DNA of 64,000 nt from the human T2T-CHM13v2.0 reference genome, Homo sapiens. Both the position numbers and the translations under genes were made by a program. This document shows, piece by piece, positions 15,861 through 32,271 of the stretch (position 1 is its first letter; the number at the start of each line of letters is the position of its first letter). The notes beneath the pieces were generated by a model. That model saw nothing but the letters and a program-made list of their open reading frames with translations. It searched no databases and had not been told where the DNA came from. Location of the stretch: NCBI RefSeq assembly GCF_009914755.1, contig NC_060927.1. One strand, 5' to 3'.

Positions 15861-16253
15861 ATCTCAGTGCAATCTAGTGAATGAATCAGAGCTTCCATCC
15901 CCAGGACAATCAGTGGAACCACTCTATTCCTCTTCATTGAGGACCTGAGAAACTTGCCAAGTTGCTTATAAATGTGTTCAAAGCACAGAGCAAGTTCAGA
16001 GAATCATATTTTCTCTAAATCCTTATTCATTTCAGGAAAAGACATTTTCTCATTAGAAGACATTTAACAGGGGTCTTTAAGATTTCAAGATCATAAATAT
16101 CAGCCATGGGCATCCTACACTCATGTGGTTTGAGAGTTGCTGATTTACTCTCACTAGGAGAATGTGGCTAACCAAATTGAGAGCCACTGAGACACCTAAT
16201 TGTGGGGAGAAATTATGGATTTTCCTAAATGAAAGAAAATAGTCATGAAGTAG

Positions 16254-16571
<318 letters not shown>

Positions 16572-17489
16572 TGAAATACACTTTTTCAAATGCTGATTTT
16601 TTTTATAATCATGGGTACTTACGAAGAACAATTTAAATACCAATTTACAATGAATGGGAAGAATTTTCCACCAGAAAAATAGTGAAATTAAACTTAGATG
16701 AATAGATGCTATTTGGTGGAATGTGGCAAAAACATGTTTATCCTTCACGTAGAGGTGTCAATCCTCTTCGCATCTGGATAGGATCTTTTGAGGACCCACT
16801 ACCCGTGAGCTGACACACTTGCCAGACACCAAGTCCTGTGGGTGACTGCTGGGCCGGGGTGGTTAAGGCGTGGTTGTGTCTCCACTGTTTTTCATCCCAC
16901 TTGCATATAGTAGGCTCTGAGGCCACAAGGAATGGTGGAGCCACATCAGACTCCTGTGCCAGTGGCAGATAAACTTCATGTGTTATCTCTGGATTCAGGC
17001 AATTTATCTCACTGAAAAATTGTGGTGCTTGCTGTTCCAGAAACTGGAATAACCTTCATTGATATGGAAAATATCAACCTTCAACCTAAATAATGGCTCT
17101 TGGGATATGACTTTGGCAGAGATTCAGTAAGGTCCTTGTGATCCCCATGTGTAGAAGAGAGCAAGGGAAACATCAGATTTCTTCATATTAGAGTGGAATG
17201 ATGGTGCCTGAGCTATGATGTGATTTTTCTGTTATTTCGCAGGTTTATATTTATTGCCATGATCTAGTCAGCAGAAGATATTTTCTCTTTTCTTAAATTA
17301 CGGATCTGCAAAACTTCAGCAATGTTTAAATTTTTCATGTAAACAGAATGGGTTTTTGAAATACAGTTCTTTCAGAAAAAAAAAAAGAAATATGGCTCTT
17401 TCAAAATCATGGTGAAGACTTAGCTAGAAAGTAAATTTGAATATGAAGTTTATTCAAGAGGCATCCTGATGTCAAAGGCATTTGACTGT

Positions 17490-18055
17490 GCATTGTTTTA
17501 TTAGTTATATTGCTACATACAAACCACCCCCAAAACTTTACAGCTATAAATAAACCATTTATTTAGCTCATGTTTTTGTGGGTTGGCAATTTGGGCCTGG
17601 CTCAGTCAGGCTGTTCTTCTAATCCGTTTCTGACTTAGCTGCATCTCAGCTGGGCTCATGCACGCATCTGCAGCCAAGCGGCAGGTCACTTGGGTGCTGC
17701 TTGTCTCGAGTGGCATCACTTACGTGGCTGGAGGATGACGATGGTCCACTTGTATGACAGGAGTAATGAGGCTGTGCATCTCTGCCATCCAACAGGCTAG
17801 CCCAGGATTGCTTGGAATGGGCATGGTTCCCAGAGAGAGAGGGGAAGCATGCCTGTCCTCTTGAGGCATAGGCTCTGAGATGGCACAGTGACATCTTGGG
17901 GGTTCTGTATTGGCCAAAGGAAGTCACAAAGCCAGACCTGATTCAAGAGGTAGAGAAGTAGGACTCATCTTGGGAGGAGCTACAAAGTCTCATTGTAAAG
18001 GACCACACACACCAGGAGGCATGGGAAATTGTACCCATTTTTGCAATCTACTCCA
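17490..18055 (-). mobile_element. MLT1-type MaLR LTR
   Basis: TTAGTTAT...AAACCACCCCCAAAACTT...TTTATTTAGCTCATG and TATTGGCCAAAGGAAGTCACAAAGCCAG...TTTTGCAATCTAC motifs. Confidence 0.7.
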
Positions 18056-18617
18056 AGTCTAGATTTTTCTCTTTCTCTCCCTAGAAACAACTACCCGTGA
18101 GCATTCAAATTTGTATCAATTGTCTATAATTAGGCCCTCTCCTAATTTGCATATCTTCCCCCAGAACAAGAAAAATCTATTCTCTTTATTAAGATATTCA
18201 GTGTCAATTGTCACTTGAGAAAGCTCCTTGGAGGCCTCATCTGTAACTCTATGGGTTTATCAAACATTTATCTGAAAAACATAACTTTGTTCAGAAAAAG
18301 GCAGGTGGTAGTTTGGGATTGTCCAGCAATACATATTATGTATTTTTTGATATTGTATTTCTTTCTATTGAGAAAACTAATTCTATAATTCTACTATATT
18401 TTTCCTCATGAAAGGGTGGGAAAATATGAAACACAACTAAACCTCTTCCAACTCATGTAGCTGGATCTTTGATTGTGACTTCATCTTCATTTATGTTGGA
18501 TGTGACTCATGTTTATCTAGCCCTTTGGAATATTGCTTTGGGGACAAATGAGCATGTTTAGAATATGTCTGAAATTCATGTAATATCAAGAGAAATTTTT
18601 TTTTCTATCTTTGCCAG

Positions 18618-19957
<1,340 letters not shown>

Positions 19958-20034
19958 TCAAGCAAGAGCTCTTCTGTGTTAGCCATAGTTGCTAGTAACC
20001 ATGTTTAGAGAACTCGTAATTCTCATCAGCTTAG

Positions 20035-20580
20035 AATTTATTCATCCATCCCGTCATTCATCAGGTTATAATTAAATCACATGCACCAGAAACAAGCCTG
20101 GACTATGCTTATTCAGAAGTGAATCAGAGGGGCATATTCCTTTCATCAAAGAAATTTTATTCCATAGAAGGAAACAGACAATAAGCAAATAAATAAATAA
20201 ATTTACTTAATAATTTATTTAAAATCTAATTACAGGGGCTGTTGAGGGTAATGACAAATAAAGTAGCATGAAGGACAAAGCTGGATGAGAAGTGTTATTT
20301 TAGGAAGAGCTTTATGTGGCGATGGTGTTTTAGCTGAGCCGTGAAGGGGGTGATGAAGGACTACAGAGAAGATGAGGGCAGTTAGTCTCATTAGCAAAGA
20401 GAAATCCAGAAAAACACTGAGATTTCTGGCCTGAACAAGGGAATAAATGTTAGTGGCCTTTACTGTGAGTGGGAACACAGGGAGAATGTGTGTTTGTGGG
20501 AGCGGAGATAATTCTGTTTCAAACATGCAAAATCTCAGCTGCCTTTTAAACACAAAAGTACGGATGCTAAGAAGACAAAC
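20035..20580 (-). mobile_element. L2 LINE remnant
   Basis: ATTCATCCATCC...TCATTCA 3' motif and decayed L2-like body (GAGATTTCTGGCCTGAACAA...TTTACTG). Confidence 0.5.
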
Positions 20581-21332
20581 AGTTATACAGTTTTTAACTC
20601 ACATATAGTGTGAGGGAGGGAAGGGTATACAGATATGGGAGTCATCAGTATATAGACCTCATTGAAACCAGGGATCCAGACTTCCTTTTCTGGCTGTTGG
20701 AGTGATTTGTGGAAAACTCGTGCTCCCATGAAAAACAGATTAAGAAGGAAATAAGATTTAAAAAAATTAATCTGTATGAAACCTTCAGAGAGCTGCCCAG
20801 GCAACATGGATTTGAGTGCGCAGATGGCAAAAGGAAGTGAACTGGCATGGTGAGCCAGAATTCGTTATCTGATTTTTGCCTGTGGGCATTTGGCTGTTAA
20901 TAGCACGAAGGAGCCTGAAAACCCGGGCACAGGGAGGTCTAGGTAGAGCTGCTGCTAAGAGACCAAGAGGTGAACAAAACGAAGTGACAAAATTGGAATG
21001 TGTGATGGCAAGCAGTCAGGATTTGGGTGGCCAATATCCCAGGGAAAGGAGGTAGAAGGATGAGACCCTAACACCTGGTTTCTCCTTCCACTTCAGGCAT
21101 TTGTCAGATTCTTGGACTGCATTGAGTAGGGGAATAAGAAGTTGGGCAGAAATCCCCTAACATATGTCCTGGTTTCTCAGGGCTAAAGAGGAAAACACTG
21201 AATTTCAAGGCCCAACCAAGTCAAGGGCCCCCTTAGTAAATACACTACACTTTGGGCTGGGTGACCTCAAGGTCCACACCTAAGGTAACATCAAGGCGAT
21301 CCAGAAGTAGATCTTAAATGTAGCTCAATCTT

Positions 21333-21621
21333 GGCTGGGCATGGCGGTTCACGCCTGTAATCTCAGCACTTTGGGAAGCCGAGGCGTGTGGATCCCTTGA
21401 GGTCAGGAGTTCGAGACCAGCCTGACCAATATGGTGAAACCTCATCTCTGCTAAAAATTAGCTGGGCATGGTGGCAGGCACCTGTAATCCCAGCTACTCA
21501 GGAGGCTGAGGCAGGAGAATTGCTTGAACCCAGGAGGCGGAGGTTGCAGTGAGCGAGATCGCACTACTGCAGTCCAGTCTGGGTGACATAGCGAGACTCT
21601 GTCTCAAAAAAAAAAAAAAAA
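21333..21621 (+). mobile_element. AluSx-like SINE
   Basis: Alu consensus; AGCTCAATCTT / AGTGCAATCTT duplication. Confidence 0.9.
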
Positions 21622-22494
21622 GTGCAATCTTAAAATGCTGCAAATTGATCTCCTGTCATCTCAGTGCCTTGTCTGATTAACATGATTTTACCCCAGTCTT
21701 GATAAAGAAGTGAATAAATTAATCACTTACATAGATCAGTGGAGCATAATGGAGAATCCAGAAACAGATCAACATATATACAATCACTTGATTTTAAGCA
21801 AAGAGGTCAGAGAAATATAATAAAGAATGGTCTTGAGAGTCACAGGATGAGAAAAGAAAAAAAAAAAGAATGGCCTTTTCAACACATGGTGCATGTCCAT
21901 TGGCTATCCCTATGGAAAAAGTAATTCACAGTAATCACATGTTTACATGTGAAATGTGAAAAGAATAAAGATTCAAGCAATAAGTGATTTTGTGGTGGGC
22001 AAATATATCTGCAAAAGGAAACACAGTCCATTAAAGAACAAAATTGATATATTGGATTTCATTAAAGAACTTCAATTTATCAAAAGCCACCACAGAAGAG
22101 TTCAGGGGAATTGGGAGGAGAGGTGGGAAATGGAACTGTTCTATACGTCAAATACGGTGTCATTACACAACCATAGGTTTAACTAGGTTAATTCACAATA
22201 TTCTCCACCAGAGAAATACTGGCCATATTCAGGGAGGAGGGGAATTATACCGCAAAGGAGCTACAGGGCCTGTTCAACATGTGCCAGCAAGATGGGAAGT
22301 TGAATATTCAGTGTGTCGCAGTTCTCTGGGCCTTAGTGTTTTCTTTTAGGAGGGAAACAGAATAGAAATGACTTCATTGGTAACTTTGAGGATTTAATAC
22401 TTGGAACAATGGCAGTAAGGTAGGAAGTGTCCAAAGTATGTTAAAGTTTCTGGGCATCTGGTGGGTGAAGAAAGGAACAAGTCATGAGTGATGA

Positions 22495-22887
<393 letters not shown>

Positions 22888-25279
22888 TAGTGCTTCCCTT
22901 ACTGCCTGGGTTTGTATCAAGTGCCCCAGTGTGCATGGCAGATGCCATGCGAGTCATCTCCTTCCCATGTGCCTATCACCTCACCCAAGACAATGGCTCT
23001 GAATCTGTGAAGATCTGTTCTAGCCATATACCTTCTGAGTGCACCTGAGGCCGCCAAACACAAGATTATTCAATGAGCACATGAAGTTCCATTTTCACAG
23101 CCCTTCATGCAGCTTCTAAATTCAATGCACGCAAAGCGATGTCCTCCTCTCCCAACAGACTCATGTTTTCTGCTGGGTTCCTGGTCTTCAAGAATGTCTC
23201 ATCACCTTGCCTTCTATCTGCCCAGCCTAGACACCTCTGTCCATGGAACTCTCTGTGGCCCCCATATCCTGCATGAAAGCACTGGAACCTATAGATCCCT
23301 TTCCCTCTCTGCTGAGACTCTTGGTCCCAACCCCACTCTCCATTCCCAATGCTCTTGCCTTGGTCCACAGCAACCCTGTGTCCCACAGGATCATTTCAGG
23401 GCCCTCCCAAACCCTCTGGCCACGTGATTTTATTTACTGCTCAGGACCCTCATGACTCCACTTGGCAGTGCAGCTTTCAAGACCTCCTGTCCATACTTCT
23501 CTCCCATTCCACATTTCCAGATGCTCTCATTTCTGCCCATTGGGCCTGCCCTTTACATTGTCTCCTCTGGCTCCTGTGTGGTCTTGGGAGATCCATGCCC
23601 ATCCTGTGAATTGAAGTTCATTATGGGAGAACACTTTCATCCCATGCCCAGGCAGAGAGCAGGGTGGAGGAAGACCGTGGGGGTGGCTCAGGGCTCATTA
23701 AGACAGAGTACAAGGACCAAGTCATGGTCCTTGGGGTGGGGTTTGGAGAGAGAGAAGGAGGGAAGTAGTGACACTCATGGCCTAAGTTTGCTGGCTGTGG
23801 ACCTGCTAAGACCCCTTCTGGCATGAAACAGCCCCAGATTCCTCACATGGATGAGGAGGAGACTCTCAGGTTGTGTGGCCTCCCCAGGACATGACAGGGT
23901 AGAGGCAGGGCTCCTTGTTAGCCCTGGGTCTCCATGCCTTCCTGATACCCACAGATGGCCCTACAGGCTGGCCTGAGTTGTAGGTGGCCTGCCACTGCCC
24001 ACCCATGCAAATTTCCATTCTACTGTCATTGTCCCCTTCATTGGCCTTCCATGAATACTAAGGGTGGTAGTTCATAGGTGCCACTGTGGTACAATGAACA
24101 GGGGTGGGACCCTCAGCCAGGCCCAGGCAAGTACTTGTGTGGTCCTTCTTCCTGACACTCAGGATGGATAGGTCTCCTCCAAGAATCTTGGGGCAGAGAT
24201 GCTCAGGATTCTCTGGTGGCTTCAAAACCAACCAACTGCACTTTGGTGGAACAGAATTTTCTTCCCACTCTGCCTAGATCCCTACAACTGAGAACAGAGA
24301 GCAGAGGAGCCTGGGTCAGGCTCCTGGATCACTTTGTCTTGCTGTCTTGCTTCCAAGTTTCTGTCTCTGCCATTCTTTTTGTCTTTCATAGTCTCTGTTT
24401 GTCCTTTTATTTCTTCTTCATCTTTCCAAACTTTTCTTTCTCATATAGATATTCATTCATCCACTCAATGAGTTACACATTCAGCAAATATTAACTAAAT
24501 ACCTACTATGTGCCAGGCACTGGGCCAGGTCTGTGGACTGGTCAGAGGAAACTGCAAGAGGCTGGGAACTCAATAGGGATGGGTAGAGAAACCACCTCGC
24601 CTTCCTAGAGCTTGCCAACCTAGCCTTACCTGTGCTCTTTTGCTGCCTTGGAATCTTCTGAGCTAGTCAGACAGAACAGGAAAAGTGAAGCCTGAATTCT
24701 TTCTCTGGTGAGCCCCAGGGCTTATATAAGGAACTACAAAGAGTAGGTACACATTAAATATTTGCTGAATAGATGATGAATTACAGAGCTGAACTTGTGA
24801 CCAGAGGGATGCAGTTTGGAGGCACAGGAGACTCTGAGGAAACTGAAGTTTTGAGAGAATAGGGGACTTGCTTCTGCTTTTGTTTCTCAGGTGCATAGAA
24901 AGTGAATTTGTAAATCTCAATGTCTATAGCACTCAGGGAACTGAATGTTCACCTCTCTAAACATCAACTATTAAAATTAACTGTAGGGACAAGATGGAGA
25001 AGAGACACTTAGCCCTATACTCCTGCTGTAACTCTGAACATTGTTTATAAAACAAATATAAGACAACTCTGAAAGGTGGGAAGAAGAAGTAAGGCCAGCT
25101 CGTGACCTCAGGACCTGAGGAAAAACACAGCTGTGAGTTCCCTGGATTTTCTTTTTGCTTCATATTTTCTGGATCATGTGCTGGAGAAGCTGGCAACCCC
25201 AAAACACCAACAGGCACACAGAAAAAAAGCTCCTGGAAAAGCCTCCCTCAACCAAGTAACTAAGAAAGGGGCAGCCTAG

Positions 25280-26517
25280 TGTTACAGGATCTTTGGGGTG
25301 TTGCTTTTCTGGCTGGAAACTTCTGCAGCCAGTGATGCCTTTGCCTGGGTTCCTGTCCTGCATCCAGGAAGAATGAGTTATGCAGACAAGTGGAGGGTGA
25401 CCAAGACAAAGAGGAGCTTTATTGAGTGTTAGAACAGCTCAGAGGAGACCCACAGTGGGTACCTCCTCTCTGCAGGCAGATTGTCCCATCAAGTGTTCAG
25501 CTGTCTGCAGAAAGGAGGCCCTGGTATGGGTGGCTCCTCTCTGCTGGCAGTTTGTCCTGTCATCTGCAGCTCTCAGCAGAGAGGAGGTCTTGAAGAGGGT
25601 AGCTCCAATCTGCAGCTAGTCATCCTGATGCCTGCCCAGCTCCTAGCCAAGAGGAGGCACTGGAGTGGGTTGCTCCTCTCTGCAGCTGGTAATCCTGATG
25701 TCTCTACAGGTCTCTGAAATTCTCAGCAAAGAGGGTAGCTCCTCTCTGCAGCTGGTCATCCTGTCATCTCCTCAGCTCTGGCTGAGCCCAGGGCTTTTAT
25801 GGGCCTCAGAGGGGAAGAAGTGCACACCAGTTGGTCCATGGGTGGCCATGGGCAGGCCCAGAAAAGGCACCAGTTTCCCACTCCGGTTGGTGGGACTGGC
25901 AGCTCAGCCTCCACCCTTCAGGCCCTCCCTAGGAACCTGCCCCCTTCCACCCAGGAATCTATCTGCCTCTTGCTACCATTCATGGCACCTAGGCTTGGCC
26001 CTGACTTTGCTCTAAGATCAGAGCTGGTGCTGGGAGCAGGAAGAGACCAGGCAGTGGGAGCAGGCATTTCTGAGCCTGTGAGGGCAGGGGGGCCTTCCTG
26101 GGCCCCCAAGAGTGCAAGAATGCCTGAGTCTGCAGCCAGGGTTTGAGCGGCTACAGCTGCACCCAGGAGAGCAGGCCTCCTGCCTGCTTCCAGACCTGCA
26201 AGACCACAGGGAGGCTTGATCAGCAGCCACGACTTGGGCAGCAGCAGCCATGACTTAGACAGCTGAAGCCCCATCTGGGAGGATGGGGCTCCTGCCTGCT
26301 CCATGGAGTGGGAGGCCTAGGTCTGCAGTGCGGTTTGGGCTGCTGCACCTGTGCCTGGAAGGGCAGAGCTACTGCCTGCTCCGTGGAGCTGGAAGCCCTG
26401 TAGGGGATGGGGGGACAGAGCTCCTGCTTGCTCTGTGGAATTAGAGGCCCGAGCCCACCTCCCTGCTGCAGCCAGTGTCTTGGCAGTAGCCACTCTAGAT
26501 GGACCACTGCTACCATC
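25280..26517 (-). mobile_element. MER52-family ERV1 solo LTR with an internal ~70 bp tandem repeat
   Basis: TGTTACAGGATCTTTGGGGTGT...CCAGGAAGAATGAG...GAGGAGCTTTATTGAG and terminal ...CCACTGCTACCATC; five GGGT(A/G)GCTCCTCTCTGCAG-type units at ~25455-25765. Confidence 0.8.
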
Positions 26518-26984
26518 TCTACCAAGACAGTAAACATTTACACAATAACAGCTCTACTCCAGCCAAGCACTATAGAAAAAAAGCTGTGGCCCCATCCCTA
26601 CCCATACCAGCAAAAATTTAATGGGGAACCTAGACTTCCACCTTCACCAAGGTGAAAAAAGGTGCTCTTCCAAAGAGGATGTCACAGAAGGGTGAGTGAA
26701 GAACCAGAAATTTTTATCCCTGCCCAGCAGTAACAAGACCTCCCCTCCCATGGTATTACTGGAAACCACATGGGGGTTCTGGATTTTCACCCCTATCTGG
26801 TGGTAGTAAGACACCCCTCCTCATCCCTATTGGGGTGGTGTCAGAAGACACCTAACGGAAAGCAGAACTTTGATCACTGCCAAACAGTAACAAACATGTA
26901 TTCTGCTCCACATTGTCAATGGGGAGCAGTAACAAGTAACTGCACCCCCATCCTGACATGTGTGTGTCATATGAGGTTGAGTGG

Positions 26985-28335
26985 AGTGTTGGGAAAACTG
27001 GATACGTACAGACAGAAGAACAAAATCATACCCTCATCTCATACAATATACAAAAATCAACTCAAAATGGATTAAAGATTTAAATGTAAGATTTAAAACT
27101 GTAAAACTATAAGAGAAGAGAATTGGGGGACCCTCCATGACATTGGTCTGGGCAATGATTTTTTTTGACTATGACCCCAAAAGCACAGGCAACGAAGCAA
27201 AAATAGACCAATGGGATTGCCTCAAACTAAAAACCTTCTGCAGAGCAAAGAAATCAATCAATAGAGTGAAGAGACAACCTATGGAATAGGAGAAAGTATT
27301 TGCAAATGACACATCTAAATGGTTAATATCAAAAATATACAAGGTACTCAAACAACTCACTAGTGAGAAAACAAATAACCTGATTTAAGTATGGGCACAA
27401 GACCTGAATAGATATTTTTCCAAAGAAGACATACAAACGGCCATGAGGTATATGGAAAAAATGCTCAACATCAATAACCATCAGGGAAATGCAAATTAAA
27501 GCCACAATGAGATTAAATTAAATCCACACCTGTGAGGATGGCTATTTGATTATTAAAAAGACAAAAAATAGAAAGTATTGATGAGGATATGGAGAAAAAT
27601 GAACCTTGTACACTGCTGGTGGGAGTGTAAATTGGTACAGCTATTATGGAAAACAGTATAGAAGTTCCTCAATAAATTGAAAACAAGACTACCATAGATG
27701 CAGCAGTCTCATTTCTGAGTATATATCCAAAGGAATTGAATTCAATTATGTCCAAGAGATATCTGCACTCCTATATTCACTGCAGCATTATTCACAATAG
27801 CCGAGATATGGAAACAACCACAGGGTCCATCAGCAGCTGAATGGATAAGGAAAAGGGAATGCTATTCAGCCTTTAAAAAGAAGGAAATCCTGTCATTTGC
27901 AACAACATGGATCCACCTAGAGAACAGTATGTAAAGGAAATAAGCCAGGCACAAAGACAAATACAGCATGATCCTACTTCATATGGAATCTATAAAAGTT
28001 GAAAAGCAAAGAGTAGAATGTTGGTTACCAGAGGGTGGGCATTGAGGGGTCTGGGGAGATGTTGGTCAAAGAGTACAAAATTATACTTAGGAGGAATAAG
28101 TTCAAAAAACATATTGTACAATGAGGTGACCATAGTTAATAACAATGTTTTATATACTTGAAAATTGCTAAAAGAGTAGATTGCAGGTGCTCTCACCACA
28201 AAAAAATTGATTATGTGACGTAATATGTATGTTAATTAGCTTAATTTAGCCATTCTGCAATGTATACATATATCAAAATATCATGTTGTACCCCATAAAT
28301 ATACACAATATATAATTTTTATTTGCCAACATTAA
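26985..28335 (+). mobile_element. L1MA-type 3' fragment inserted in the older L1
   Basis: ORF2 3' end (TACAAAAATCAACTCAAAATGGATTAAAGA) through the 3' UTR (GTTAATTAGCTTAATTTAGCCATT) and an A-rich tail. Confidence 0.85.
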
Positions 28336-28862
28336 AAATTAATTAATTAATTTAAAGGAGGAACAAGTGGGAAACCTGGATTTTTACACCCACTTGGGAG
28401 TAACAAGGAAGAAAAGAGGCAGGAATGCATCAGCAATGCTCTCCTGCCCTCGTTCCTGCCAAGCTAGTGTCAGAGGAGGCTAGCTAAAACAGAAGATTTA
28501 AATAAAATCCTGAGTCTAATCACATAATACCCCAAATATTCAGGTTTTCATCAAAAATCACACAAAGATCCAAAAAACTCTCAACTTGAATTATAAAAGA
28601 CAATCAAAATACTTCGACACTGGGATAACAGAGATGTTAAAATTATCTGACACGGATCTTAAAGCAGCCATCATGAAGATACTTCAACAAGCAACTGCAA
28701 GCACATTTGAAGCAAATGAAAAATAGAAAGTTCCAGCAACATAAAAGAAGCTATAAAGAACAAAATGGAAATTTTAGAAGTGAAAAATAAAACAACCAAT
28801 TTTTAAAACTCTGTGGGCTTACAACAAAATGGGAAAGACACAGGAAAGAACCAGTGACCTTA

Positions 28863-29106
28863 GGTAATTGAATCCTGAGGCCGGGTCTTTCCCATGCTGT
28901 TCTTGGCATAGTGAATGAGTCTCATGTGATCTGATGGTTTTATAAAGGGGAGGTCCCCTACACAAGCTCTCTTTTGCCTGCCGCAATCTAAGATGTCCCT
29001 TTGCTCTCATTCGTCTTCTGCCATGATTGTGAGGCCTCCCCAGCCATGTAGAACTGTGAGTCCATTAAACCTTGTTTTCTTTAAAAAAAAAAAAAAAAAA
29101 AAAAAA
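28863..29106 (+). mobile_element. 5'-truncated THE1 LTR with poly(A) tail and TSD (processed retrocopy)
   Basis: THE1 sequence ends 13 nt after ATTAAA (29064-29069) in A24 (29083-29106). Flanked by AAAGAACCAGTGACCTTA (28845-28862) and AAAGAACCCAGTGACCTTA (29104-29122). Confidence 0.88.
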
Positions 29107-30802
29107 GAACCCAGTGACCTTACATAGAAAACAATAGAAATAATCCAGTCAATGATAGACAATAGACTGGAAAAAAAATCAGAGTTTCAAGGACTTCTGG
29201 GACTATAACAAAATATCTAATATTTGTATCACTGGATTCCAAGAAGGAGAGGAGAAAGAAGATGAGGCTGAAAATGTATTCAAAAAAATCATGGCTGAAA
29301 TTTTCCCAAATTTAGCAAAAGATGTAAACCTACACATTAAAGAAGCTGAGAAAACCCCAAACAGGATAAACGCAAAGAAACTCATGCCAAGACACATTAT
29401 AATCAAACTTCTAAAAACTAAAGACAATGAAAGAAATCTTAAAAGCAGAGAGAGAAGAGACAACCTGCAACAATTTTAATATACAACAGACTTATCATCA
29501 GAAACCATGGAGACCAGAATGAAGTGTCACAACATTTTAAGTGCTGAAAGAAAAGAACTGTTAACCCAGAATCCTATATCCAGTTAAAATATCCTTCAAG
29601 AATGAAAGAGAAATCAAGACATTCTCAGATAAAGGAAAACTAAGGTTTTTTTTTCATCAATTGACCTACGCTAAAAGAATGGCTAAAGGAAGTTCTTGAG
29701 ATAGAAAATACAAAAAGAAGGAATCTTGGAACATCAGGAAGGAAGAAATAATAGCAGAAAGAGCAAAATTATGGGTAAATATATTTTTCTTCTCTTTGAA
29801 CAGATGAAGCAAAAATTATAACATTGATATTGTTCTAGATGGGTACACAGGAAATATTTAAGACAATTATAAATAGGAGAGAGTAAATAGACTTAAAGGG
29901 ACATACAGTCTCTAAACATCATTCAAACTTATAAAATGTGGGCTTCAGTAGACTGTGATACATTATATACATATAATGTAATACATAGGGCTATCATTTA
30001 AAAATCTATATAAAGAAATACACTCAAAAACATTATAGAAAAATCAAAAATTTAGAATTCTAAAAAATATTCATGTAACCCACAGGAAGGCAAGGAAAAG
30101 AGGACAAAGAAATGAAAAAGGACACATAGAAAATTTTAAAATAAATAAAATGACAGTGTTAAGACCTAAAATATCAATAATTCCACTAAATGTAAATGGT
30201 ACAAATATATCAATTAAAAGACCTGGCACAGTGTATTTTTAAAATGACCCAACTATGTGCTGTATACATGAAACTCACCTCAAATATAATTGTATAGGTA
30301 AATTGGAAGTAAAAGGATGGAAAACAATATACTATGCAAACAATAATCAAAAGAAAACAGTAGTAGTTATAGTAACATCAGGTAAATTAGATTTCAGAGC
30401 AAGAAAATTACCAGGGACAAAGAGAAACATTGCCTAATAGTAAAAGGGTCAATTAACCAAGACATAATTCTAAACGTATATATCAAATAACAGGGCTAGA
30501 AAACACATGAAGCAAAAATGGATAGAGCTGCAAGGAAAAATAGACAAATCTACAATTACAGTTGAAATTTCAACACTGCTTTCTCAACAATTGACAGAAT
30601 AACTAGACAGAAAATCAACAAGTATACAGAAGAATTCAACAACATTATCAACCAATATAATCTAATCAACATTTATAGAACACTCTATCCAGCAACAGTA
30701 GAATATAGATTCTTTTCAAGCACCCATGGAACATTTACCAAGATGGACCATATCCTGGGCCACATAACAAACTTCAACAAATTAAAAGGAATTGAAATTA
30801 TA

Positions 30803-31116
30803 GGCTGGGCATGGTGGCTCATCCCTGTAATCCCAGCACTTTAGGAGGCTGAGGTGGGTGAATCACTTGAGCTCAGGAGTTTGAGACTAGTGTGGGCAAC
30901 AGGGCAAAACCCCATCTCTACAAAAAAAAAAAAAAAAAAAAAATACAAAAAATAGCTGGGCATTGTGGCACGCACCTGTAGTCCCAGCTACTCATGAGGC
31001 TGAGGTGGAAGAATCACCTGAGCCCCGTGGTCAAGGCAGCAGTGAGCTGCGATTGCACCACTGTACTCCAGCCTGGGTGACAGACTGAGACCCTATCTCG
31101 AAAAAAAAAAAAAAAA
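30803..31116 (+). mobile_element. AluJ/S-like SINE with expanded mid-A tract
   Basis: Alu consensus; ATTGAAATTAT duplication. Confidence 0.9.
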
Positions 31117-31316
31117 GCATTGAAATTATCAAGAGTATGTACTCTCTGACCACAATGAAGTCAAACTAGAAATCAATAACAAAAAGATACCAATAAAATC
31201 TACAAACTACATTAACTACTTAAAAACTAAAAACTACATAAAAACTAAACAACATACTTTTAAATATCTCATGAGCCAAAAAGAAGTCTCAAGAGAAATT
31301 TTTAAAACTAAATTTA

Positions 31317-31688
<372 letters not shown>

Positions 31689-32271
31689 TCAGTGCTGAGA
31701 GGAAAATAAATAGCAAATATTTTACTTTAGAAAAGAGGGAAAGTCTCAAATCAATAATCTAAGCTTTAGTCTTAAGAAAATTTAGAAACAACAAAAATTA
31801 AAAACAGAAAAACAAAATATAAATGAAACAAAAAGCTGCTTTTTAAGAAAGATCAATAAAATTGACAAACCTCTACCAAGACTGACGAAGAAAAAAAAAG
31901 ACAAGACACAAACTCAATATCAATAATAAAACGGAATATCACCATAGACCTTGCAGACATCAAAATAATAATAAAAGGAATATTATGATCAACTCTTCAC
32001 ACACAAATTTGATAACTCAGATTAAATGGACAGATTTATTGACGATCACAAACTTACTACCATTTCCTCAATATGAAATAATCTGAGTAGTCTTATTACT
32101 ATTAAAGATACTGAATTTGTAACTTTAAAATTCTAAAAAAGAAATCTTCAGGTCCAAATAGTATCACTGTAGAATTCTACCAAGCATTTAAAGAATAATT
32201 AACACCAATTATACACTATCTCTTACAGAAAATAGGAGACAACATTTCCCAACTCATTTTATGAGGCCAGT

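Noticed and set aside
25455-25765. CRISPR-like repeat/spacer appearance
   Set aside because: Eukaryotic LTR-internal tandem repeat; the spacers are related to each other and there are no cas genes.
25422-26655. Dense overlapping ORFs on both strands
   Set aside because: Explained by the GC-rich, stop-poor MER52 LTR.
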